From IMG/VR virus record IMGVR_UViG_3300037245_003526, positions 152,297 through 216,296 of that record: 64,000 nt of DNA; one strand, written 5' to 3'. The DNA comes from a virus. Shown here one piece after another: positions 8,452 through 18,555 of this stretch (its first letter is position 1; each line of letters begins with the position of its first letter). A program made the position numbers and the translations under genes. The notes below the pieces were generated by a model, which worked only from the letters and a program-made list of their open reading frames with translations, searched no databases and had not been told where the DNA came from.

Positions 8452-8816
8452 TGAGTAATTATCATATTATGTTACAAACTTGGAATAAAAAAGAATTACA
8501 AGTAGTTTTTCATATTCCTGTACCTGTCTTGATAAATAATTCTGGAATATCTTATAGGACAGCTATTAAACAAAATCTTGAAACAAAAGGACCAATTATA
8601 AGCTTATATCCTAATACTTCTGCAAGCGAGCTATCTCAAATTCAAAATGGTGAAATTTATGAAGTCGTCAAGTATGTTTCATTTTCTAAACATAATCTTA
8701 GTTCAGGAGAAAAAGCTATTGAAATAGATAATTATTTTAATAAATATAAAATCGAATTTTTAGAAAAGAAAAAAATCGAACTTGAATGGTGGGGATTAAA
8801 CCGAGACGTAACATAA
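8451..8816 (+). CDS. hypothetical protein (structural region)
   Basis: ORF; its start overlaps the stop of the preceding gene. Confidence 0.4.
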   Translation: MSNYHIMLQTWNKKELQVVFHIPVPVLINNSGISYRTAIKQNLETKGPIISLYPNTSASELSQIQNGEIYEVVKYVSFSKHNLSSGEKAIEIDNYFNKYKIEFLEKKKIELEWWGLNRDVT

Positions 8817-8831
8817 ATGGGAGAATAAATT

Positions 8832-9401
8832 ATGCCTGATACAATAAAAGATGGAAAAGGAAGAGGTTATACAGCAGAAGTAAATTCTCAGAACCAGTTA
8901 TCTGTTTCATCAGTTGCAGTAACAAAAGAACATTATGTTAATTTGAAACATGAAGATGCATATAATTTCTTATTTTCACATACAGCAATGGATTCAACAT
9001 CTGCTTGTTGTATTGTATATATGCAAAATACAAGTAGCGAAAATATAATTTGTGAAGGAATGATAATTAGATGCACTGGCGATCAAATATTTACAATAAA
9101 AGTCGCCGAATCTGGAGATCCTACTGGTGGAATTGATACTGTCCCAGCAAATTTAAACGCTGGAAGTAACAGATTAGCTGGTGGAGTATTTCAATATGGA
9201 TGTAATATAACTGGTTTATCTGGCGGACGCGAAATTATTAAATTTTATACAAATGATAGTTATATTGAAAGTCAATCTTGGAATTTTGATGCTGATATTG
9301 TAATTCCACAAAATCAAACATTATCTATTTATATTACGAATCCAAATGTTAATATAGATGGTTTTATTGTACTTTTTCATGATCGTAATGGAAGTAATTA
9401 A
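8832..9401 (+). CDS. putative structural protein, paralogue 1 (conserved N-terminus DGxGkGY..VN..N)
   Basis: the N-terminal motif is shared with the next two ORFs. Confidence 0.45.
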   Translation: MPDTIKDGKGRGYTAEVNSQNQLSVSSVAVTKEHYVNLKHEDAYNFLFSHTAMDSTSACCIVYMQNTSSENIICEGMIIRCTGDQIFTIKVAESGDPTGGIDTVPANLNAGSNRLAGGVFQYGCNITGLSGGREIIKFYTNDSYIESQSWNFDADIVIPQNQTLSIYITNPNVNIDGFIVLFHDRNGSN

Positions 9402-9426
9402 TTATCTAAATATGGGAGTTTTATAA

Positions 9427-10017
9427 ATGGGCTTACAAATAGAAGATGGAACAGGTAAAGGATATTCAGTTAAAGTTAATGCTGATAATGCAATGTCAGC
9501 TGAAGCTGTAATTCATGAATTACAACATCATATAAGTAGATCTTCAGCTCAAGTATATCAAGTTATTGGAGAAACATCAAATATATCTGCTGGAGTAAAT
9601 ACTATACTTCATATATCAAATGATTCACCAGACCTACATGTTGTTGTATCATATATGAGAATTCAAGCTCCTGAATTAGATGGAACTTCTGTTATTAATT
9701 TTCAGACATATTTTCAATTTGGAACAGGAACTGAATATGAAAGTAGTGGGAATGAAGTAACTCCAGTTAATATGAATTTTTCAAGTGGAAATATTGCTAA
9801 TTTATCAGCTTATAAAAACAAACCAACCGTAAGTGGGTTATTTACTGAGTTTGATAGATGGTATCCTGGAGATGGCAAATCTATGATGACATTCAATAAA
9901 GCAGGTTCAGTAATTATAGGAAGAGGTGATACATTAGAAATACGACTAGTTACTGATCAATTATCAGGTACTGCATATTGTCGTGTAACATTATTTTTCA
10001 TGGACTTAAGTACTTAA
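9427..10017 (+). CDS. putative structural protein, paralogue 2
   Basis: N-terminus MGLQIEDGTGKGYSVKVNADNA resembles the neighbouring ORFs. Confidence 0.45.
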   Translation: MGLQIEDGTGKGYSVKVNADNAMSAEAVIHELQHHISRSSAQVYQVIGETSNISAGVNTILHISNDSPDLHVVVSYMRIQAPELDGTSVINFQTYFQFGTGTEYESSGNEVTPVNMNFSSGNIANLSAYKNKPTVSGLFTEFDRWYPGDGKSMMTFNKAGSVIIGRGDTLEIRLVTDQLSGTAYCRVTLFFMDLST

Positions 10018-10030
10018 ATAAGGATTTGAA

Positions 10031-11134
10031 ATGATTAATGCTAAAATATCAAATGGACTCGGAAAAAATTTACATGCTGAAGTTACCGAAGATAATGCTC
10101 TAAAAGTAGCTACTTTAGAATATTATGAATATGAAAGTCAACTAAGATTTTTCGTGAATGATTTTCATGGAATTGATATGGCAGTAAATGCTTCTCCACA
10201 AGGTTCACCTGAGAGAATTCATGATGGTACTGATGATGAATATTGGACAGGTTCAGCGTTGTTAGGAAATTGGATTTTTGATAGTGTTGATCAAGCTTAT
10301 ACTGGAAGTAAAAGTGTAGATGGAACAGGAACTACACATAATAGTCAATGTCAATTTCTTAAAATGGAATATGGTTCTCCAATATTATTTGATTTAATAA
10401 ATTCTACATCAATAACTGGTTGGATTTATTTAGAAAGTTGGCCTGAAACAGGAGTTAAACGATTAGATTTAAACGCGTGGGATACAGTAGGAATAGGTCA
10501 AATTGGTATAACTGTTAATATAGGAGATTATATAAATACCGGAATTTTTAATGTGTGGCAAAAATTTACTATTATTTTAGAAGATATGAGTTTAGTTTCT
10601 GAGAGCATAGATTCAATAAGAATACAAAATGTATCTACAGGAGCAGGTTCACCTATTGAATTTTATATTGATGAATTTAAAATTGATTCTGCTCTTGGAA
10701 GTGTTTCACCAAAAGATTATATAGTTACGGCACCAACTGGGTATTTAATGTTTGTTGATTCAATGTCTGCTGTTTTTGTTGATGCTCATGATTCAAAATT
10801 AGCAGATGCTACAATGCCAAAATTAGCCTATGATAAATTACTTAATAATGCATTTGAAATTGGTATGTTATATAGACGTATTAAAGATGGTGAAGTTTTG
10901 GAAGCTTTACCACTAAAATCTCTTTTTGATTTTTACTCTATCGCTGGGGTTCACGTAGAAGGTCCTGTTTCATGTGGTGTTAATACAATGATGCAACTTT
11001 TCATTGAATTTAAATTTCCTGTTATATTTGATTCAAGAACTTTAGATTATATGTCAATTTTACTTTCAGAAGATTTTTCAGTATTTAAAGAACTAAGGTG
11101 GGGAGCTCAAACAAGATTAAGGAAAATTGAATAA
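10031..11134 (+). CDS. putative structural protein, paralogue 3 (larger)
   Basis: N-terminus ...NGLGKNLHAEVTEDNALKV belongs to the same family. Confidence 0.45.
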   Translation: MINAKISNGLGKNLHAEVTEDNALKVATLEYYEYESQLRFFVNDFHGIDMAVNASPQGSPERIHDGTDDEYWTGSALLGNWIFDSVDQAYTGSKSVDGTGTTHNSQCQFLKMEYGSPILFDLINSTSITGWIYLESWPETGVKRLDLNAWDTVGIGQIGITVNIGDYINTGIFNVWQKFTIILEDMSLVSESIDSIRIQNVSTGAGSPIEFYIDEFKIDSALGSVSPKDYIVTAPTGYLMFVDSMSAVFVDAHDSKLADATMPKLAYDKLLNNAFEIGMLYRRIKDGEVLEALPLKSLFDFYSIAGVHVEGPVSCGVNTMMQLFIEFKFPVIFDSRTLDYMSILLSEDFSVFKELRWGAQTRLRKIE

Positions 11135-11661
11135 TGGTAGTTAATCAAAATAAGGAAATTCGATTTACATTACAATTAGTTAGAAGTGATGGCAAAACCG
11201 TTGAAACTGATGCTGATGTAAGTTATCAAATTATAAGTACTACTGGAGCAATTACTACAGTTATTGTTCCATCACGTACTGCTACTTATAACTCTACCAC
11301 TAAATCATATTTAGATACTCTTGATCCTTCTGCCGATTGGACAAATCAGGATGTTGGTTCCTATTTAGTTGTGTGGAGTGTATCAAATACTGAAGATGAT
11401 TTTTTAGATACTTATACAGAAGAATTAGAAATTAGTATAGAGGAAGACAAAATAGACAGAATTCTTGGATTAGTTCATCAAAATATGTTAATTGATAATA
11501 CTACATATGATATTCACGGAAATTTAATTACAGCAAGACTTAGAATCTATTCAGATTCAGCATCAGTAGGGAGTTCTAATAATGTAATATCTTCATACGA
11601 AATTGAAGCAGATTCTCAAGAAGTTGGACAATTCACAACGTGGAAACAAATAGAGGTTTAA
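11134..11661 (+). CDS. hypothetical structural protein
   Basis: ORF translationally coupled to the upstream gene. Confidence 0.4.
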   Translation: MVVNQNKEIRFTLQLVRSDGKTVETDADVSYQIISTTGAITTVIVPSRTATYNSTTKSYLDTLDPSADWTNQDVGSYLVVWSVSNTEDDFLDTYTEELEISIEEDKIDRILGLVHQNMLIDNTTYDIHGNLITARLRIYSDSASVGSSNNVISSYEIEADSQEVGQFTTWKQIEV

Positions 11662-11662
11662 T

Positions 11663-11848
11663 ATGTCTATAGCAATTGCAACTATGGGAAAATTTATACC
11701 TTTCTGGTCAATAAAAAGTGGTCCAATACGTCAAAGAGAAGATGATATTATTAAACCAAAGATAATAGTTAAAAGTGTAGAAATGTTGACTGATGAGAGT
11801 GAAGCAAATATAGATATTATTGGTATTGAAATAATAGACGTAGAATAA
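11663..11848 (+). CDS. small hypothetical protein
   Basis: ORF. Confidence 0.3.
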   Translation: MSIAIATMGKFIPFWSIKSGPIRQREDDIIKPKIIVKSVEMLTDESEANIDIIGIEIIDVE

Positions 11849-11897
11849 AGAGGTATAACCACAGTTTGTATTTTACTAAAAATATAAAATATAACCT

Positions 11898-11971
11898 GTG
11901 GCTGTAGCTTAATGATAAAGCACCAGATTGTGGCTCTGGGGAAGAGGGTTTGACTCCCTCCAGTCACCCCA
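11898..11971 (+). tRNA. tRNA-His (anticodon GTG)
   Basis: acceptor GTGGCTG/CAGTCAC, anticodon loop TTGTGGC, T-loop TTTGACT, discriminator C, CCA. Confidence 0.75.
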
Positions 11972-12001
11972 ACAAAACCTATGATCACCCAATTTCTTTT
12001 T

Positions 12002-12018
12002 AGAACATATTTAAAAGG
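12002..12018 (+). promoter_or_regulatory. promoter-like motif AGAACATATTTAAAAGG
   Basis: GAACATAT-family motif in the long AT-rich leader of the tail-fibre gene. Confidence 0.3.
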
Positions 12019-12224
12019 GATTGGTAAACTATTTGATTTTTGTGATTACGGGTGTTATATCCAATACATCATAAACATACACACCATTTTAGTTACAAGT
12101 ATATTATATTATATTAGAATGTATAACCGAATATTGGAATAATATGATAATGGTTATAACTTATAAAGTTTACTCTAATATTCTTTAAAAGTATTTAATT
12201 CCGATATTTCGGGGGATTATCAAT

Positions 12225-13442
12225 ATGGATTTTTATGATATAAATTGTTTAGGAAAAATAAGAATAGAAAGATTATCTTCTCTTCCTGCATGGAATACAG
12301 ATGATGAAGGTAGAATAGTTTATCTTAGCTCAACTGAAGAGTTATTTTTTGGAGATGGAAATGCATGGGTTATAATAGACCCTAGCGTTGCATATACTAA
12401 AGCAGAAGCAGATGCCAGATTTTTACGTAAAGATTCACCAGGAGTTGTTGAAGATGTTTATGGTTGTAAAACTTTTTGTAGCGGATTAATTACTAATAAT
12501 TTATCTTCATGTTATAGCAGTACGGGAGATGCAGTACATATTTGTCAATCTAATACTACTACCGGACAAGGATTATATATAAGAACTAATGCATGTTGCA
12601 GTCCTGCTGTAGTCATTAAAAAATCAGGTGGTGTTGGGGAGTGTGAATTAATACGTATATGTGGTTGTACTCCTTATGCTGTTCCTGTATTGAGGGTTCG
12701 TAATTATAGTAATGTGGTCAACAGTATTGGTATGGATGTTTATAACTGCTGTGGATCTTCTATATGGTCAACTAGTCATTATAGCCAAGCAGTAATTGGA
12801 ATTAGTTGTGGAACTCAGGCTGCCATTCATGCCCAAAATTGTGATGGAACTGGTCCTGGATTACACGCTTTTGCAAATAACTCATCTCTTTGTAGTACTG
12901 CTTATTGTTGTCGAGCTCTTGTTGTATGTGGTATATGTGGTTACGGTATAGTTTCACATGCCCCAACTATTGCTATACATGGTCGTTCAACAGTTGGTGT
13001 TGCAATAATTGGTTGTACATGCTCTAATTCTGGTGGAATATATGGTGTCACAACTTGCCAATGTGCTACTGTTGGAGTTGCTACAGTTAGTAGACCAGTA
13101 GCTGGAAATGGAGCATATTATAGCTTTTCTAGTAGACATATAAAACATTTATGTAATGTTTGTGTAACTGAGTGTTTGAGAAAAAGACCTTTAAAAATTT
13201 ATAAGTATACTCATGACGATTCAAATATGATAGGATTTGATGAATTTATAGGACCAACTGCTGAAGATTTTCATAAAACATTCGAACTTGATCACGATGA
13301 TTTTGGAAATGATTATTTAGGTTTATCAGGAGTAGATGGTACAGCATTAGCATTATCAATAGAAAATATGGATAAAATTGATATATTAAAAGTAGTACTA
13401 AAAAGAGTATTAAAAAGACTCAAAAAATTAGAGGAGAAATAA
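12225..13442 (+). CDS. Cys-rich tail fibre protein
   Basis: N-terminus ...LSSLPAWNTDDEGRIVY resembles that of ORF 15767 (tail-collar protein); about 50 Cys in the central region. Confidence 0.5.
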   Translation: MDFYDINCLGKIRIERLSSLPAWNTDDEGRIVYLSSTEELFFGDGNAWVIIDPSVAYTKAEADARFLRKDSPGVVEDVYGCKTFCSGLITNNLSSCYSSTGDAVHICQSNTTTGQGLYIRTNACCSPAVVIKKSGGVGECELIRICGCTPYAVPVLRVRNYSNVVNSIGMDVYNCCGSSIWSTSHYSQAVIGISCGTQAAIHAQNCDGTGPGLHAFANNSSLCSTAYCCRALVVCGICGYGIVSHAPTIAIHGRSTVGVAIIGCTCSNSGGIYGVTTCQCATVGVATVSRPVAGNGAYYSFSSRHIKHLCNVCVTECLRKRPLKIYKYTHDDSNMIGFDEFIGPTAEDFHKTFELDHDDFGNDYLGLSGVDGTALALSIENMDKIDILKVVLKRVLKRLKKLEEK

Positions 13443-13443
13443 G

Positions 13444-13842
13444 ATGGCTCTACAAGGAAAATTAAATAAAGAAAATAAATCAAATTCATATAGAACTACT
13501 TTTGAAAAAGCATATTTTAGAGCTGACGATGTTTTTATAGATCTTAGTAATAACCGAGTTAGAGCTCATATAAGAGGTTATGCAGAAGAATATTCTAGAC
13601 ATAATAAGGCTACTGGAGTATATAAAAAAGTTGTATATGTTCCTCTAAAAAAATTTGAAAAAGTATTATGTACCAAAGATAAAATACTAGAAGTTGTTTA
13701 TACTTATTTAAAAACTCTTGATGAATTTAAACATTTAAAAGATCATAAAATAAAATATAAAGGAAAAATTGATCTTGTTGAACCTGAAAATGATGAAGAA
13801 GTTAAAATAGGAGTAAGTGAAGAAATTCTTGAACAAATTTAA
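13444..13842 (+). CDS. hypothetical protein
   Basis: ORF. Confidence 0.4.
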   Translation: MALQGKLNKENKSNSYRTTFEKAYFRADDVFIDLSNNRVRAHIRGYAEEYSRHNKATGVYKKVVYVPLKKFEKVLCTKDKILEVVYTYLKTLDEFKHLKDHKIKYKGKIDLVEPENDEEVKIGVSEEILEQI

Positions 13843-13855
13843 ATAAAGGAATAAA

Positions 13856-15148
13856 ATGAATATTTATTTAGTCGAAGGAGGTATAGGAAAACACGTTATG
13901 TTTTCAGCTCTTATACCAAAGTTAGCAAAAGATGAAAAAATTATTATTGTATCAGGTTATCCAGATATTTTCGAATGTCATCCTTTAGTAGAAGTATCAG
14001 TCCCATATGACTTACCTGGATTTTATGATAATTATATAAAAAATACAAAAAATAATATTCTTCATTCTGAACCATATTATAGTGATTATATTAAAGGCGA
14101 AAAACACATGATAGAATCATGGTGTCATCTCTATGATTTAGATTATGATGAACAAACTCTCCCTGAAATATATTTACATGAAGATTTTGAAAAAGAAGCA
14201 AAAAAGTTTTCAAAAGAAACTGGAAAATTTATAATAATTCAATTCAGTGGTAGTCAATCTCCTCTTAACTTTGACCAAACTCCATATCATGCAAATAATA
14301 GATTTGGGCAAATAAAAGATTATCCAAGAGTACTTGCTCAAAAACTTGTAAATAATATAAAAATAAGATGGCCACATATTAAAATTTTAAACTTTGCTCT
14401 ACCTAATGAAGAGCACTTTAGATTAGAAAATTGTGTCTCAATAGAAGCACCTTATATATTCTATAATTCCCTATTACAATATTGTGAGTCGTTTATAGCT
14501 ATAGATAGTAGTCTGCAACACTTTTCTGGAAATAAGTTCCTTGAGAAAATGGGTGTCGTCCTTTGGGGAGCTACCGGTCCATCTCAGTTAGGTTATTCGA
14601 AAAATAATAACATAACAAACTCAAAGGATGAGATCCACCCTATGAGACCTTTAACCAGACCTGTTGGAGACATATTCAATGAAGATGGATCCTTCTGGGA
14701 AAATAATGATATACAATGTCTCGATCTAGATCCAGAAGTAATTATAAGACAACTCGAATTAACATTGAGGTTTAATAAAGATATTAAACCTTCAACCAAA
14801 AATATAATTAAAAAGAAAAAGAAAAAAACCGAAAAAAATGTAGAATCACCAGATAAAGTTATTACAGAAGTTAAGAAAAATGAAAAATTATCATCCGGTA
14901 AAAAAATACTTGATGAAATATTTGAAGAAGAAATAAAAGATGGTATCGTAATAGATGAAGAAACCAAGAACAAATTAATAGATCTAAATGAAGAAATATC
15001 TTATCATAAAAAATCTATGATAAGATTGTCACTTCAGTGTAGTGATATTATCGAAATATATCTTAATGCAAAAAGATTGAAAGGTGACTTTGTACTTAAT
15101 GATGATTGTTCAAAGTTAGTACCTAGATTTAATATGAAAGAAGATTAA
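13856..15148 (+). CDS. glycosyltransferase family 9 (heptosyltransferase)-like protein with a K/E-rich C-terminal extension
   Basis: N-terminus NIYLVEGGIGKHVMFSALIPKLA resembles the GT9 N-terminus; weak. Confidence 0.35.
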   Translation: MNIYLVEGGIGKHVMFSALIPKLAKDEKIIIVSGYPDIFECHPLVEVSVPYDLPGFYDNYIKNTKNNILHSEPYYSDYIKGEKHMIESWCHLYDLDYDEQTLPEIYLHEDFEKEAKKFSKETGKFIIIQFSGSQSPLNFDQTPYHANNRFGQIKDYPRVLAQKLVNNIKIRWPHIKILNFALPNEEHFRLENCVSIEAPYIFYNSLLQYCESFIAIDSSLQHFSGNKFLEKMGVVLWGATGPSQLGYSKNNNITNSKDEIHPMRPLTRPVGDIFNEDGSFWENNDIQCLDLDPEVIIRQLELTLRFNKDIKPSTKNIIKKKKKKTEKNVESPDKVITEVKKNEKLSSGKKILDEIFEEEIKDGIVIDEETKNKLIDLNEEISYHKKSMIRLSLQCSDIIEIYLNAKRLKGDFVLNDDCSKLVPRFNMKED

Positions 15149-15301
15149 TTATGACTAAAGAAAAGTGGGCAAAAATTAAAGATGGTAATTGGCATCATTA
15201 TGCTCAAGTGTATCATGGTGATGGAACTTTAACACATTATGTTGATGGTGTAAGTGTATTATTAGAAAAAGAAGTCAAAGAAAAATTATTTAAAAAAAAT
15301 A

Positions 15302-15379
15302 ACGTCGAGTAGGGCAGCCTGGCCGTCCCGCGTGCCTTGGGAGCATGAACACATGAGTTCGAATCTCATCTCGGCGACC
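15302..15379 (+). tRNA. tRNA-Pro (anticodon TGG)
   Basis: acceptor CGTCGAG/CTCGGCG, anticodon loop CTTGGGA, T-loop TTCGAAT, CCA. Confidence 0.75.
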
Positions 15380-15383
15380 ATAT

Positions 15384-15450
15384 TCTTAGAATGATTCATA
15401 CATAAATCATTAACCCCTCTCATGATCGTTGTATGAATCATTTTTTATAT
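15384..15450 (+). terminator. hairpin (12-bp inverted repeat ATGATTCATACA/TGTATGAATCAT) followed by a T-run, lying between two tRNAs
   Basis: inverted repeat followed by TTTTTT; either a terminator or a processing site. Confidence 0.4.
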
Positions 15451-15529
15451 GCGGGGGTAGCTCAGTCCGGTAGAAGCACTTGGTTGAAGCCCAGGGTTTG
15501 CGCAAGTTCAATTCTTGCCCCTCGCACCA
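15451..15529 (+). tRNA. tRNA-Phe (anticodon GAA)
   Basis: acceptor GCGGGGG/CCCTCGC, anticodon loop TTGAAGC, T-loop TTCAATT, CCA. Confidence 0.8.
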
Positions 15530-15550
15530 TGTTTTAAATAGGAGTATAAT

Positions 15551-15757
15551 ATGATTGATAAAATCTTTGGTTTTATTACAATCATTCTATTATACTCTTT
15601 TATTATTTTCAAATCTCGATTTAGATTAGGACAAACAAAAAAATTTTTACCAGTTATTATTGAATGCATCAAACTTATTGGAGATATTTTAGAAGAGGTA
15701 TTTAGTGATGAAGGTAAAGATGGACCTACTATACCTAATATTAGATTAGTTAAATAG
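15551..15757 (+). CDS. small membrane protein
   Basis: hydrophobic N-terminus; RBS. Confidence 0.3.
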   Translation: MIDKIFGFITIILLYSFIIFKSRFRLGQTKKFLPVIIECIKLIGDILEEVFSDEGKDGPTIPNIRLVK

Positions 15758-15766
15758 GAGTAAGGT

Positions 15767-16366
15767 ATGAAACATTTTGGTATTGAGATGGAAGGAAAGT
15801 TCTATTCTGAACAACTTGCATCAGTTCCAGGTTGGACTTCGGATGATGAATCTCGTTTAGTATATGATCAATCAGGTGATAGATTATACTTTGGTAGTGG
15901 TTCAGAATGGGTAAGAGTTGCTTCGTATGATGAAGTGCAGGCTGCTACAGAATTTCCATCTGGAACTTATATGTTATTTGCTCAAGCAAGTGCACCTACA
16001 GGATGGGTAAGAGATAATGTAATTTCTTCTCCATCATACAAAAGAACAATAATGTTAGCAGAAGATGGAGACGCAGGAGCTGTTAAAGCTGGTAGTTATG
16101 ATTTAATAGGTAGAAGTCTCGCACATGTTCATAGTACAGCAGGTCATAGATTGACTGTACCTGAAATGCCTTCACATACACATGGTGGTGTTTGGAATAG
16201 TACTCTAACAGCCATCCTTGATGGTGGTAACGATGCGCCCTTCTCAGCCAATCAACAAACTACTGCGACTGGAGGTGGAGGATATCATTATCATGGTAAT
16301 ACAGGTTCTAACGGAGGTTCGTTAAATCCAGCATATGTAACAGTTATAATAGCTATAAAAAGTTAA
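15767..16366 (+). CDS. tail fibre protein with tail-collar-like motif
   Basis: N-terminus resembles ORF 12225; C-terminal HVHSTAGHRLTVPEMPSHTHGG resembles the phage tail-collar domain. Confidence 0.55.
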   Translation: MKHFGIEMEGKFYSEQLASVPGWTSDDESRLVYDQSGDRLYFGSGSEWVRVASYDEVQAATEFPSGTYMLFAQASAPTGWVRDNVISSPSYKRTIMLAEDGDAGAVKAGSYDLIGRSLAHVHSTAGHRLTVPEMPSHTHGGVWNSTLTAILDGGNDAPFSANQQTTATGGGGYHYHGNTGSNGGSLNPAYVTVIIAIKS

Positions 16367-16413
16367 AGAAATATTTAAATTTTCAGGAGTATCTGAATAC
16401 TAAGAAAGGATAA

Positions 16414-16809
16414 TTGATGTCTAAAAAGAAACCACCATGTATTAGAAACTTATCATCTTTCAAGAAAGGTTGCCCACAGACATTATGGGATGGAGAAGAA
16501 GGTTGTCCATGTTGGATTGAAATGACATTTCCGAAAAAAGATAATCCAAAAGAAACAGAAATTTTAAAACATTGTGTAGATATATGGATGTTTATAATGC
16601 AAAGAGATGCACTTGGATTATTAGAAGGAAATCAAGCGGCGATAGAAAGTTTTAGAAATGGAATGACTTTCGCAGCAGGAGATGGTAAAACCTACCCAAG
16701 AGCAAACCCAGCATCTGTAGAGTTATTAAAAATCTTTGAGCAAATGAAAAATCAAATAGTTATACCAACTGATATAACTAATAAAAAAATGATAGACAAT
16801 GAATCGTAG
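16414..16809 (+). CDS. hypothetical protein
   Basis: ORF. Confidence 0.4.
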   Translation: MMSKKKPPCIRNLSSFKKGCPQTLWDGEEGCPCWIEMTFPKKDNPKETEILKHCVDIWMFIMQRDALGLLEGNQAAIESFRNGMTFAAGDGKTYPRANPASVELLKIFEQMKNQIVIPTDITNKKMIDNES

Positions 16810-16839
16810 TTAAACTTAAACAAGTGAAAGGAGCGAATT

Positions 16840-17250
16840 ATGAAAAAAGTATTTTTAGGTGGAACATGTAATAATTCAACATGGAGAGATGAATTAATTG
16901 AAAAATTAGAAATTGAATATTTCAATCCAGTTGTTGATGATTGGACTGAAGCATGTATGTTAGAGGAAATAGAACAACGAGAAAAATGTTCTGAATGTCT
17001 ATATGTAATAACACCTAAAATGACAGGTGTATTTGCAATAGCAGAAGCTATAGAAGATTCTATAACACGTCCAGAAAAAACCATATTATGTGTTTTAGAA
17101 AAGGACGGAGATCAAGAGTTTGACATTCACCAATTAAAATCCCTCAAACAAGTTTGTGGTATAGCTAAGAAATACCATTCAAGTGTATTTAATTCTTTAC
17201 AGGACGTTGCTGACTTTCTAAATTTAACATCAAGACTTACAGTCAGTTAA
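16840..17250 (+). CDS. nucleoside 2-deoxyribosyltransferase-like protein
   Basis: N-terminus KVFLGGTCNNSTW... resembles the KIYLAGP motif of that fold; weak. Confidence 0.35.
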   Translation: MKKVFLGGTCNNSTWRDELIEKLEIEYFNPVVDDWTEACMLEEIEQREKCSECLYVITPKMTGVFAIAEAIEDSITRPEKTILCVLEKDGDQEFDIHQLKSLKQVCGIAKKYHSSVFNSLQDVADFLNLTSRLTVS

Positions 17251-17264
17251 TTTCTAATTCATAA

Positions 17265-17284
17265 AGAACATATTATTGAAATGC
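17265..17284 (+). promoter_or_regulatory. promoter-like motif AAGAACATATTATTGAAATG upstream of tRNA-Ile
   Basis: GAACATAT-family motif. Confidence 0.3.
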
Positions 17285-17356
17285 TCCTATAGCTCAGTGG
17301 TCGAGCATCCGGCTGATAACCGGAAGACAAAAGTTCGATTCTTTTTAGGAGCACCA
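17283..17356 (+). tRNA. tRNA-Ile (anticodon GAT)
   Basis: acceptor GCTCCTA/TAGGAGC, anticodon loop CTGATAA, T-loop TTCGATT, CCA. Confidence 0.85.
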
Positions 17357-17373
17357 TATGAAAGGATTATATA

Positions 17374-17973
17374 ATGAGAATTAATTTGAAAAGATTATTA
17401 GATAAGAAAGATGTAATTAAGAATGGTCATTTTCAACTAACATCCGGTCGTCATTCTGATACTTATATTAATAAGGATTCAATTTATTGTATTCCTGAAT
17501 TATTTGAATTAATAATTTTAGAAATGTCCTTAATAATAAGGAACTCTTTTCATTATGACATAATTACAGGTCCAGCAATAGCAGGTGCTGTTTTAGCTGC
17601 TCCAATTGCTAACTCTCTTTCTACTATATTTATTTATCCTGAGAAGGTTCAATTGTGTTCACTTGATTACGAAGTTGTAGATGAAGAAATGCAATTCAGA
17701 AGAGGATATGATAAAGTTTTAGAGAATAATATTAATGTTGTAATAGTTGAGGATATAATAACTACTGGAAAGTCAGTAGAATTGACAACTGAAGCAATTG
17801 AAAAACATGGTGCTCAAGTTAGTGGTATAGTATCAATATGGAATAGGACTGGATGGAAAACAGATAAGTGTTCAACAGTATCTTTAATAGATGAACCAGT
17901 TGAATCTTGGGATCCTGAATCATGTCCATTGTGTGTTGAAGGTATTCCATTACAAAATCCAAAAGAATTATAG
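17374..17973 (+). CDS. pyrE: orotate phosphoribosyltransferase-like (type I PRTase)
   Basis: GHFQLTSGRHSDTYIN resembles the OPRT N-terminus; VVIVEDIITTGKS is a PRPP-binding motif. Confidence 0.55.
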   Translation: MRINLKRLLDKKDVIKNGHFQLTSGRHSDTYINKDSIYCIPELFELIILEMSLIIRNSFHYDIITGPAIAGAVLAAPIANSLSTIFIYPEKVQLCSLDYEVVDEEMQFRRGYDKVLENNINVVIVEDIITTGKSVELTTEAIEKHGAQVSGIVSIWNRTGWKTDKCSTVSLIDEPVESWDPESCPLCVEGIPLQNPKEL

Positions 17974-17985
17974 AAAGGTTTAAAA

Positions 17986-18228
17986 ATGTCAGATTGGTTT
18001 GTTTATAATAATAAAGTTTATAATAGAAGTGTATATGAAAGATTTGGTATAGTTAAAAGAGATCCAAAAACTTATACTTATGAATATTATGTTGAAGCAC
18101 GAAATAAAAGAAAATCATCTGATATTAAATTTGGATTTGAATCTTATAGAGAGGCAAGAAATTTTTTAATAGAAAGAATATTTCCAGATTGTAATATCAC
18201 AAATTTAATAAAGATAAAGGAGAAGTAA
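17986..18228 (+). CDS. hypothetical protein
   Basis: ORF. Confidence 0.35.
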   Translation: MSDWFVYNNKVYNRSVYERFGIVKRDPKTYTYEYYVEARNKRKSSDIKFGFESYREARNFLIERIFPDCNITNLIKIKEK

Positions 18229-18290
18229 TGATTTATTTAGCAGTAGGAGGTTTGCCATACACGTAATAACCTTAAATAGGAGACGTGTAA

Positions 18291-18473
18291 ATGGCCGACA
18301 AAAAAAACAAAGGTAAGAAAAATCGTAAAATAGGTAGATCAAAACGTAAACCTGCTCACAATCGTTATACTGCTGAAAGACGTTGGGAGACAAATAAAGC
18401 TAGAAGAATAGCTAAACAAGCAAAAATAGAAGCAAAAGATGCTTTAAAAAAAGAAGCACGTAAAAATAAATAA
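18291..18473 (+). CDS. small highly basic protein
   Basis: Lys/Arg-rich 60 aa; RBS AGGAGACG. Confidence 0.35.
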   Translation: MADKKNKGKKNRKIGRSKRKPAHNRYTAERRWETNKARRIAKQAKIEAKDALKKEARKNK

Positions 18474-18474
18474 T

Positions 18475-18548
18475 GGGACCATAGTTCAATGGAAGAACAT
18501 CTGATTTGCACTCAGAAAATTGGGGTTCGACTCCCCATGGCTCCACCA
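18475..18548 (+). tRNA. tRNA-Ala (anticodon TGC)
   Basis: G3:U70 wobble in the acceptor stem (Ala identity element), anticodon loop TTTGCAC, T-loop TTCGACT, CCA. Confidence 0.75.
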
Positions 18549-18555
18549 TTTAAAT

